Positions 48,442 through 56,859 of a stretch of DNA of 64,000 nucleotides are shown piece by piece. Source of the DNA: Deltaproteobacteria bacterium (GTDB lineage Bacteria > Desulfobacterota > GWC2-55-46); NCBI GenBank assembly GCA_016177845.1, contig JACOUO010000014.1, positions 187,005 to 251,004 on the forward strand. Direction: 5' to 3'. The stretch's first letter is position 1. The number at the start of each line of letters is the position of its first letter. Both the position numbers and the translations under genes were made by a program. The notes under the pieces were generated by a model. The model made no database searches, was not told the DNA's origin, and saw only the letters and a program-made list of their open reading frames with translations.

Positions 48442-49545
48442 TCAATTCCCGTGATATTCAAAAACCTGAACCCTTTTGTTGTAAGAATCAGCTACATAAA
48501 CTTTATCTGCGCTGTCAATATATATGCCGGAAGGGCTCCAGAACTTTCCTGCCTCCCTGCCTACTGAGCCGAAATTCAGAAGGAAATTCCCGCTCCTGTC
48601 AAATATCTGCACTGTATCAAATATGGCATCAACAATATAAATATTCCCGTCATGGTCAACGGCAACACCCTTTGGCCTGCCTAAATCGCCTGTACCGTCG
48701 CCGTGCTTGCCTATTTTAGAGACGAATTTGCCATCCTTATCGAATATCTGTATCCTGAAATTCATTGTGTCAGTAACATAGAGCTCGTTTTTATTGTCGA
48801 TGAAGAGGTCGACCGGGTAGTTGAGCTCTCCATCTTTATCGCCCAATTTGCCAATCGTATTTACGAGGCCGCCTTTCAGGTCGTATACCCCTATATTATG
48901 CGAGCCTGTATCTGACACATAAAGGAGCTTATCCTGCCTGTTAATGGCAATTCCCGTCATCCTCTTGCCCTCGCCGATACTGCGAAGGTACTGGCCCTTC
49001 GGGCTGAAGACCAGGATCTTATTAAGGACAGAGTCCGTTATATAGATATTGTCTTCGCCGTCAACAGCCGCGGAGATAGGGGATTCGAGATACCGGTTAT
49101 CGTCAAGTTCGTCTATATAGCTGTATTTGCCGTTCTTGGCGTCGTATATGTGCACCCTTTTAAAAGCGGTATCGGCAACGATTATCCTTCCGGTGGAATC
49201 CGTTACAACTCCATAGGGTTTAATTATATCCTCAGATTTTGAACCGAGGACAAATTCTGCGAGTTTCTTGAAAAAGCCTTTATTCGCGCCTATGTCCGAG
49301 GGATTCGCTATTGTCGTTGAATAAGAGATCCTTGCCGGTTCCGGAGGGGACGGCCATATTATCGGCTTTGCCGCTAATTGCCGGTCTTCTTTTATGGGCT
49401 GAGAGCCGCAACCTGAAAATGAGAATAGAAATGCGCAAAGCGCAAGTCCCATGGACAAAGATGCGATGGCGCCTTTTTGAGAATTTTTTGCCGTATTCAC
49501 CTTTTGATTTCCAGACAGAGCTTTTTGCGGCTCAAGTGTGCTCAT
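48442..49545 (-). CDS. NHL-repeat six-bladed beta-propeller lipoprotein
   Basis: Lipobox FSFSGCGS. Six repeats of the NHL pattern (e.g. YVTDTMNFRIQIFDKDGKF, GVAVDHDGNIYIVDAIFDTVQIFD). Confidence 0.8.
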   Translation of the reverse strand: MSTLEPQKALSGNQKVNTAKNSQKGAIASLSMGLALCAFLFSFSGCGSQPIKEDRQLAAKPIIWPSPPEPARISYSTTIANPSDIGANKGFFKKLAEFVLGSKSEDIIKPYGVVTDSTGRIIVADTAFKRVHIYDAKNGKYSYIDELDDNRYLESPISAAVDGEDNIYITDSVLNKILVFSPKGQYLRSIGEGKRMTGIAINRQDKLLYVSDTGSHNIGVYDLKGGLVNTIGKLGDKDGELNYPVDLFIDNKNELYVTDTMNFRIQIFDKDGKFVSKIGKHGDGTGDLGRPKGVAVDHDGNIYIVDAIFDTVQIFDRSGNFLLNFGSVGREAGKFWSPSGIYIDSADKVYVADSYNKRVQVFEYHGN

Positions 49546-49561
49546 TCAATCGCCTCTAAAA

Positions 49562-50173
49562 TTATTTCCTGTGGCAATACTGGCAGATATCCAGGCCCGC
49601 TGAGCGGAGCCGCATCGTAAAATCCGCGCCCCAGTCAGCCCTGCCTGTAAGGAGCCCTCTTTCATGAGGGTTATGGCAGGTGGCGCAGATGATCTTGCCT
49701 GATTTAGGGTCAAGCGGAAGTATTGTGGGTACATCTTTAAGAGAGATCCGCATGTTGGTGGCGATTGCGGATGAGGGGACCACGAGGTGGTCAGGAGCTG
49801 CATAGCCGCTCATCGTAACGCTTGCGCCCTCTGTTCCGGGATGCTTTTTGACAAGATGGCATCTCGTGCAGATCTCGTTCGGGTTGTCCTCGAAATGGAG
49901 CTGGACATCTTTAATGGAATGCTCTTTTTTAATATCTGGTATCTGCTTATGGCAGACCGTGCAGGTGCCCCAGAGTATCTCGCCCGCATCGTTAATCTGT
50001 TCGTGAGGGTTTATGATTGTGCCGAGGGCCTCTCCTCTTTCATAGGGAGGGGTGGTCTCTTTCGGGGGTTCCGGCGCCTTTTGCGCTGAAAATGAGACCC
50101 CGGCCATGAATATAAAAGCTCCCGCCAGAATGGCAGGTTTTAAGTACTTTCCGAAATTTCTGTGCATATTCAT
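49562..50173 (-). CDS. tetraheme c-type cytochrome, secreted; paralogue of 45599..46072
   Basis: Four CxxCH motifs (CTVCH, CTRCH, CATCHNPHE, CQYCH) and a signal peptide. Confidence 0.8.
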   Translation of the reverse strand: MNMHRNFGKYLKPAILAGAFIFMAGVSFSAQKAPEPPKETTPPYERGEALGTIINPHEQINDAGEILWGTCTVCHKQIPDIKKEHSIKDVQLHFEDNPNEICTRCHLVKKHPGTEGASVTMSGYAAPDHLVVPSSAIATNMRISLKDVPTILPLDPKSGKIICATCHNPHERGLLTGRADWGADFTMRLRSAGLDICQYCHRK

Positions 50174-50210
50174 ACCTTTTTTTGCGGTGCTTGTTTAGTT
50201 CCCTTTTGTG

Positions 50211-51347
50211 TTACTTCGTGAATGAATAAATGCCGCCGTCTTCAGAGGTTATATATACCGCATTTTCAAAAACAACGGGTGAGGAATGTACGCCGCCGTT
50301 GGTTTGATACTTCCATGCCACTTCGCCTGCCTTCAGGTCTACCGCGTAAAGATAGCCGTCCTCACAGCCTACATAGAGGAGGCCGTTGCCGGAGACCGCC
50401 GGTGTGGAGTTTATTTCGGCAGGGAATTTATAATCAGCCGATTCTGTACCGTTTGCCTTATTGAATACCTTGATATGTCCGTTCTTAAACGCCATGTAGA
50501 GCTTGTCTTTGGTAATAACCGGGGAAGCATAGGCAATCTCGTTGTCCATGTTCTTTCTCCAGACAAATTTGCCGGTCTTTGCGTCCAGAGCGTATATAGA
50601 CCTGTCATATGAGGACACATAAATGATCCCGTCTTTTATGGCAGGGGATGAGTAGATGGCAGATTGAGTTCTTTTTGACCAGTTCCTTCCGCCGCTTTTG
50701 GCTGAAACCGAATATATCAGCCCGTTTTTGCCTGCGCCATAGATGGAGCCGTCCGAATAAGCCGGAGTGGCGTAAATGCCGCTGTATTTTTCGTAATCAG
50801 GCATCTTCATTCTCCAGGCGCGTTTGCCTGTTGAGAGATCTATGGCGTAGAGGTAGAGGTCTGATGAGCCGGCATATACCATGCCTTCGGCTACAAGCAG
50901 TGATGTCTGTACGGCGCCACCGGTATTGTGCTTCCATACGAGCTTTCCGGTTGCTGCCTCAACAGCATAGATGTTGCCGTCTTTTGAGCCGACAAGGACC
51001 TTATCTTCAAATACAGCCGGAGTCGAGACGATCTCTGCTTGCGTGGGGAAGCTCCAGAGCATATTCCCGGTTGCCGCGTCGATGGCATAGAGGTTTTTGT
51101 CATATGATGCCGCGTAAACGGTATTGTTGTTTACAACGGGGGAGGCGAATATGGCGCCTTTTGCCATGAACTTCCATTTAAGGGTAAGGGGAGGTACTGG
51201 GGCCTTTTCAGTATAAGATGAATGGGCCGGGGTTTTTAAGAACATTGGCCAGCTGTCGGCTTTTGCCTCAGCTGAAAAAAGGCCAAGGCCCAGTGAAAGG
51301 GCCAGTATGGTTATACTTTTTTGTATTGGGAATTTCTTAGGCTGCAT
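50211..51347 (-). CDS. PQQ-repeat (BamB-like) eight-bladed beta-propeller protein, secreted
   Basis: Signal peptide. Repeated A.Dg/a.TGk..W motifs (LYAIDAATGNMLWSF, IYAVEAATGKLVWKH, LYAIDLSTGKRAWRM, IYALDAKTGKFVWRK, LYAVDLKAGEVAWKY). Confidence 0.8.
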   Translation of the reverse strand: MQPKKFPIQKSITILALSLGLGLFSAEAKADSWPMFLKTPAHSSYTEKAPVPPLTLKWKFMAKGAIFASPVVNNNTVYAASYDKNLYAIDAATGNMLWSFPTQAEIVSTPAVFEDKVLVGSKDGNIYAVEAATGKLVWKHNTGGAVQTSLLVAEGMVYAGSSDLYLYAIDLSTGKRAWRMKMPDYEKYSGIYATPAYSDGSIYGAGKNGLIYSVSAKSGGRNWSKRTQSAIYSSPAIKDGIIYVSSYDRSIYALDAKTGKFVWRKNMDNEIAYASPVITKDKLYMAFKNGHIKVFNKANGTESADYKFPAEINSTPAVSGNGLLYVGCEDGYLYAVDLKAGEVAWKYQTNGGVHSSPVVFENAVYITSEDGGIYSFTK

Positions 51348-51360
51348 AGTTTCACCAGTT

Positions 51361-51963
51361 TTAAACCTTGAATTTTGAAAACTCCTGCGTAACCTCTCTC
51401 CTTACATTTGAGATCTGGCGGAGAACATCCGACAGTTCTGCTTTGGAAGGGGTCTTGTCAGAAGCCATGATGTTGTTGAGAGCCGTTATTTTCTCGTCTA
51501 TTACATTTGCAGACCTCTTAACTGAACGGAAACTTGCCCCAAGCGAGCCCAGCATTCCGTTAAAGACTTCAGGCAGGTCAATAGGCATTTTAATGGATAC
51601 TCTTTGAGTGAAATCCCCTTGAGCAGTTTTCCTGAGCGCCTCTCTGAAGCTCATCAGGGGAAGCTCGATGCGACGAGTAAGGTAATACCCTATAATGGCC
51701 GAGACCGCAATGATCGACGGTATGGTGATAGCGCTTAGTTTCCATATGATAGGAGCGGCTATCTCGGTAGTCGTCCTTATCTTAAGATGGATTCTATATA
51801 ACTCCGCTGAAAGTTCCCTGTCAATTAAAAAATATACGAAAAACAGGTTGAGCGCGAAGCCGAGCAGGACCGCTAAAGTAAAGCCCAGCACGAAATGCAA
51901 CTGTAGTCTTTTCTTTACGAAAAAATTGCGCCTTCTGTACTTTGGACGGGAATTTCTGCTCAT
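51361..51963 (-). CDS. small membrane protein: 2 TM + HAMP domain, no output domain
   Basis: TM1 at ~31-53, TM2 at ~93-112, then the HAMP pattern (LREALRKTAQGDFTQRVSIKMP...). 200 aa. Confidence 0.65.
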   Translation of the reverse strand: MSRNSRPKYRRRNFFVKKRLQLHFVLGFTLAVLLGFALNLFFVYFLIDRELSAELYRIHLKIRTTTEIAAPIIWKLSAITIPSIIAVSAIIGYYLTRRIELPLMSFREALRKTAQGDFTQRVSIKMPIDLPEVFNGMLGSLGASFRSVKRSANVIDEKITALNNIMASDKTPSKAELSDVLRQISNVRREVTQEFSKFKV

Positions 51964-52120
51964 ATGCGCCTATAAACTATCATAATTGAGGAGAATATTC
52001 AACCCGCTCAGATTTTAATACATCCATATTAAACCAGTATTAAAGCGGAATTAAGAGTTTAAAAAGCCTGTAACCGACAGAATATTATATCGGCAATACC
52101 GGAGCCGCCTTAAGTCCAAA

Positions 52121-52960
52121 TTATTTTACATGGCAGGCAAGGCACAAGGCGCTGCCTTCATTGCTTATGACAAGATCGAAATGCTGCTTGGAGTAAGGGT
52201 TATGACAGCTTCCGCAGCCTACGCCGCCGCCGAAGAGCTTTATCTGTGAAGGGAGTTCTTCAACCCTTCTGTAGGCGCCTTTATATTTACGCTTTGCCTC
52301 CAGATAGGAGACCCCTATTGGATGGCTTACGCCTATCTGGTTAGCGTCATGGAAAACGACATTGTCTACCCGCGTATCGGATGCTGATACCGCATCATGG
52401 CAGGAGAGGCATTTTATTGAAAGCTCATCAAGCACATTGCCAAGCTCCCATGCCACAAATTTAGAGCTGGTAGATGTAACTACATGGGCCGTGCCCATGG
52501 AGACCTTGTGCAAGTCATTTTCAAGGTCATTGTGGCATAACATGCAAAAACCCTGTCCGCCTGCGCTTGATCTTAAGTGGTACGCGCCCTTGCCCGGGTT
52601 ATGCGCCGGGTGGCAGGATATACAGGTCAGGTCGCCTTTCCAGTTAAGCGGGAAGCTTGCCGGAACCTGCATGGAAGGGTTTATATCAACAGGATGGGAC
52701 AGTTCCTTCTGGCTCGAATGGCACTCGTAGCACATGAAAGATATATCTTTTTTAAATGCGCGGGGAGTCTCACCCGGCTGCGGCACTGTCAGGTGGCAAT
52801 CAAGGCACTTCCCCTCGAAATCATGGTAGCTCTCCCATTGGGAAGATACCAGTTTTCCGATAAGCAGGAGCGATATGAAGGCGGCTATGATAATAAAAGT
52901 GTTTTTTTTCACAAATCTATTCTTTGACTTTGATGCCTGAGGTGGCCCTTTTAAGTTCAT
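52121..52960 (-). CDS. heptaheme c-type cytochrome, membrane-anchored
   Basis: Seven CxxCH motifs (CLDCH, CYECH, CISCHPAHN, CMLCH, CLSCH, CGSCHNPY, CLACH) and an N-terminal signal-anchor. An alternative GTG start at 52912 lies immediately after the upstream stop. Confidence 0.8.
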   Translation of the reverse strand: MNLKGPPQASKSKNRFVKKNTFIIIAAFISLLLIGKLVSSQWESYHDFEGKCLDCHLTVPQPGETPRAFKKDISFMCYECHSSQKELSHPVDINPSMQVPASFPLNWKGDLTCISCHPAHNPGKGAYHLRSSAGGQGFCMLCHNDLENDLHKVSMGTAHVVTSTSSKFVAWELGNVLDELSIKCLSCHDAVSASDTRVDNVVFHDANQIGVSHPIGVSYLEAKRKYKGAYRRVEELPSQIKLFGGGVGCGSCHNPYSKQHFDLVISNEGSALCLACHVK

Positions 52961-53513
52961 TGAGCCCCATTTTTAAATCCGCTATGGCCTCTTTCAGGTC
53001 ATGGTCAGAGGGATTATCCTGCTTAAGCAGCACTGCAAGCCGTTCTTCAAATTTTTCGATATCCGACAGCGCATCACCGCAGCTTCTTACATTATGGTTC
53101 AGGTCGCGGACCATTTTATTTATATCATCTGCAAGGGCTACAAGCTGATCCTCTCCCCTGAACCTTGTATCTACAGTGAGGTCGCCGGAGCCTATCAATT
53201 TAAGGTTTTCTTCAATGCGGTATATGGGACCGGCAATTTTATGCGAGAACAGAACGGATATCGTAATGATGGCCGCCGTAATAAGCGCAAGCAGGGCTGT
53301 TGAGTAGAATGAGGCAAAGATAAGCGGAAATATCCTGATCTTCAGGTCATATATATTATAGATGGCCTGCCCGTACGAGCCGCCGAGCGTCCTTGCTGTC
53401 ATTAAATACAGAAATAGCGTTATGCCCAGCATGCCAGCGATTACAAAAAGGCAAAACCTTATTCCATATTTTAATTTAAAGGCTCTTTGCACAAGTCCCG
53501 AGTCTTTTGCCAT
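52917..53513 (-). CDS. small membrane protein: 2 TM + HAMP domain, paralogue of 51361..51963
   Basis: TM1 at ~20-42, TM2 at ~63-88, then HAMP (IGSGDLTVDTRFRGEDQLVALADDINKMVRDL). 198 aa. Confidence 0.65.
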   Translation of the reverse strand: MAKDSGLVQRAFKLKYGIRFCLFVIAGMLGITLFLYLMTARTLGGSYGQAIYNIYDLKIRIFPLIFASFYSTALLALITAAIITISVLFSHKIAGPIYRIEENLKLIGSGDLTVDTRFRGEDQLVALADDINKMVRDLNHNVRSCGDALSDIEKFEERLAVLLKQDNPSDHDLKEAIADLKMGLNELKRATSGIKVKE

Positions 53514-53739
53514 AGTTATCTCTCGCTGCCTGAGTCAAAGCGGTTTGGGTTATTTGTGTCTGAAATTGTTAAAAAAAACGGTGAGGAGGATTTTCTGGGT
53601 GCTGCAAAAGGGGTACTTAAAATCTTAAACAGGAATGTATTCATTTATTCATCCGTATTGGGGAACTTACTGTGTAAGAAAGTTTTTGTATTATATCGTA
53701 AAAAGATTTTTTTGTGAAGATTATTAAATGGATGCGAAA

Positions 53740-54620
53740 TCTGTTTAACTTCCTCCCTTAATGGGACGGGATAAATGAGAGAGGGAGAAAAATATTGCAG
53801 GGTGGGCTGTGACCACAGAATCTAATCTCAAAAGGTGTTTGTGCTGATTTACTTTTACGCCGGGCTTTAACTCTTCGGGGTATTGGCTCCGTTAGCTGTC
53901 GAGTCCGTTCGCTAATAAATACGAATGCCCGCTCTCTCCCTCTCCCCTGATCAAGCCGTCATTCCCGAATGTCTCTATCGGGAATCTACTTTTAAAATAC
54001 TGGATTCCCGCTTTCGCGGGAATGACAATTACTAAAACCTGTCATCGTGGGCAGGGCAAAGCAATCTGTTTGTCCCCCTCACCCCCAACCCTCTCCCACA
54101 AGGGGAGAGCTGGGAGCGACGCGAGAAGGCAATCGTTAATATTTTGTCTTTATAAAACCCCGAGGGCGTTAATGGTGCGTAAGGGAGGAAGGGTGAGCGA
54201 GCCGAGGCTGCGGGAGCGTAAGCGACCTAAGAAATGAACCGAGCGGATTGGGGAGGAGCGGGGTTGCGCATCCATTCGCCCGAAAGAGCCCGGCAGGGCG
54301 TTAAAGTTAAAACATCACAGAACTTCAAAAAAATGAGACTTGCAGTAAAGCGTTGTTGTTTATTAACTTTTGCGAACAGCGGGTTCGCTCCTCGCGGCAT
54401 TGGACTCCGTTAGCTGTCGAGTCCGTTCGCTAATAAATACCAATGCCCGCTCTCTCCCTCTCCTTTCCTTTATGCTCTCTGCGCAATGCCCCTTGGTGTG
54501 GTGTTTTAAAAACAAGACAGAACAAACAGAATCTGTCATTGCGAGCAAAGTGAAGCAATCTGTTTTTCATTTAGTATCCCCCTCCCTTGATTGCAAGGAG
54601 ATAAAGGATATGGGTGAGCT
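53740..54620. repeat. mosaic intergenic repeat block
   Basis: Module E-like (53745-53790), module D-like (53800-53820), module B (53858-53940 and 54365-54450), module A pair (53942-54030), module C (54160-54320) and module F (54470-54525). Confidence 0.85.
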
Positions 54621-54832
54621 GAATGCAAAACACCCTTTTACCTTTCAACTCCCCCTTTTTGAAATACCTTGAAAAAAAACGCCGTTATAAATATAATGAA
54701 ATGCTTGATTTACCTGTTGATGGTGCGTCTCGCGCCTGTTGCGGGGTTTTTAAGAAGTAAAGATACACGGATTGCATCCGATATAAGATAAGTTTTTGAG
54801 AGCAAATATTTGAAGGACGAGAGGAGAGGTTT

Positions 54833-55867
54833 ATGGCAAATGAGACATTTTTAAAGGCGTGCCGCAGGGAGCAGACCGACTATACCCCAGTGTGGCTCAT
54901 GAGGCAGGCAGGCCGTTACATGAAGGAATACATGGCAATAAGGGAGAAGCATTCTTTTATAGAGATGTGCAAGAAGCCTGAGATAGCCTGTGAAGTTACC
55001 CTGCAGCCCGTCAAGGCTTTTGAGCTTGACGCCGCCATTATCTTTGCCGACATCCTCCTTCCGCTTGAAGGCATGGGTATCAACTTCGAGTTCGCAAAGA
55101 ACGAAGGCCCTGTAATCAGAAATCCCGTTAGGAACAGAAAAGACATAGACGCAGTAAAGGTCATCAATCCTGAAGCTGATGTGCCGTATCTCCTTGAAGC
55201 CATAAAGCTTGTCAAAAAAGAGCTTAACGGCAAGGTGCCCCTTATCGGCTTTTCAGGCGCGCCGTTCACGCTGGCAAGCTACATCATCGAGGGCGAGGGC
55301 TCACGCAACTACATCAACACCAAAAAGCTCATGTACACAGACCCTGAGGGCTGGAAGATACTCATGGACAAGATAGCCGATGTAGTTATCGTCTATCTCC
55401 AGGCGCAGGCAAAGGCTGGCGCGCAGGTCCTGCAGCTCTTTGACAGCTGGGTCGGCTGCTTAGGCCCCGATGACTTCAGGGAATATGCTCTGCCCTATAC
55501 AAAAAGGGTTATCGATACCATCAAAAAGACAACGGATGTGCCTGTTATCAACTTCGGCACAAATACCGGCACATACTTAAATCTTGTAAAACAGGGCGGC
55601 GGCGATGTCATCGGCGTTGACTGGAAGGTCAGGCTCGATGAAGCATGGAAGACTATCGGCTATGAACACTCCATTCAGGGAAACCTTGACCCTGTAGTCC
55701 TCTTCAGCAATCCTGCTACCATCAGGAAGAGGGTAAAGGAAATAATCGACATGGCAGAAGGCAGGCCCGGACATATCTTCAACCTCGGCCACGGCATCAT
55801 CCTTGGCACGCCGGTTGATAATGTAAGGGCGGTTATCGACAGCGTGCACGAGTTCTCAAAAAGATAA
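54833..55867 (+). CDS. hemE: uroporphyrinogen decarboxylase
   Basis: N-terminal PVWLMRQAGRYMPEY-type signature (here PVWLMRQAGRYMKEY) and a full-length 344-aa URO-D fold. Confidence 0.9.
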   Translation: MANETFLKACRREQTDYTPVWLMRQAGRYMKEYMAIREKHSFIEMCKKPEIACEVTLQPVKAFELDAAIIFADILLPLEGMGINFEFAKNEGPVIRNPVRNRKDIDAVKVINPEADVPYLLEAIKLVKKELNGKVPLIGFSGAPFTLASYIIEGEGSRNYINTKKLMYTDPEGWKILMDKIADVVIVYLQAQAKAGAQVLQLFDSWVGCLGPDDFREYALPYTKRVIDTIKKTTDVPVINFGTNTGTYLNLVKQGGGDVIGVDWKVRLDEAWKTIGYEHSIQGNLDPVVLFSNPATIRKRVKEIIDMAEGRPGHIFNLGHGIILGTPVDNVRAVIDSVHEFSKR

Positions 55868-55935
55868 ATTTTAAGCAAACCCTTCCTGGCCTTGCCTCGG
55901 AAGGTTTCACACATAAATAAAATTCGAGGTTAAAG

Positions 55936-56859
55936 ATGACTTCTACTCCAAAAGGTGTTCTGCTCCTTGCTTTCGGCGGGGCTGACTCCATTGAAAGCGT
56001 CGAGCCCTTTGTAAAAAATGTGCTTAAGGGCAGGCCCGTTACCCCTGAGCTTATTGAAAAGACCAAAGAACGGTATAAGCTCATCGGCGGCAAATCGCCT
56101 CTTCTTGGTTTGACGATTGAGCAGGGCAAGGCCATTGAGAAGCTCATGAACAAGGACGGAGGCAATTATAAAGTTTATGTCGGGATGCGCTACTGGCACC
56201 CGTTCATCAAAGAGACCTTAAGCCAGATGAAGGCAGACGGCATAAAAGAGGCTGTTGCGGCCATCATGGCCCCGTTCACATCCCTTGTCGCCACAGGCGG
56301 ATACGAAAAGGATGTAGAGAGCGCGCTTGCGGAGCTGGATGGCGAGCCCAAGGTAGAGTTCATCCCCCGTTGGAACATGAAGCCCCTTTTTCTTGATGCC
56401 GTAGCTGAGAAGCTGGCTGAGCAGTTAAAGTATTTTGACGACCCTAATGACGCGCTTGTCATATTCAGCAATCACAGTCTTCCCCTGGGCGCGCTTGAAG
56501 GCGACCCTTACGAGATGATAATCAACCAGAGCGCCAATGAGATTGCCAAAAAATTCGGCAAGCTGGACTACAAGGTGTCTTACCAGAGCAGGGGCGCAGG
56601 CCCGCGCGAATGGCTTGGCCCGCAGACAGAGGACATAATCCAGCAGGCAAAGAAAAAAGGCAAAAAAGGCGTCATCATAGTTCCGCTTGGTTTTGTAGCT
56701 GACCATGTCGAAACTCTCTACGATATAGACATCCTCTTTAAAGGCATGGCAGAGCAGCAGGGACTTGAATTCAGAAGGACCGCTTCATTAAATGATTCGC
56801 CCAAGCTCATGGAACTGATGGCCGACCTTCTCGTTAAACTGGCTGAAAAAAGACAATGA
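55936..56859 (+). CDS. hemH: ferrochelatase (likely coproporphyrin ferrochelatase, given the hemE-hemH-hemY order)
   Basis: Ferrochelatase N-terminus (GVLLLAFGGADSIESVEPFVKNVL) and a 307-aa length. ATGA overlap with the downstream hemY. Confidence 0.85.
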   Translation: MTSTPKGVLLLAFGGADSIESVEPFVKNVLKGRPVTPELIEKTKERYKLIGGKSPLLGLTIEQGKAIEKLMNKDGGNYKVYVGMRYWHPFIKETLSQMKADGIKEAVAAIMAPFTSLVATGGYEKDVESALAELDGEPKVEFIPRWNMKPLFLDAVAEKLAEQLKYFDDPNDALVIFSNHSLPLGALEGDPYEMIINQSANEIAKKFGKLDYKVSYQSRGAGPREWLGPQTEDIIQQAKKKGKKGVIIVPLGFVADHVETLYDIDILFKGMAEQQGLEFRRTASLNDSPKLMELMADLLVKLAEKRQ

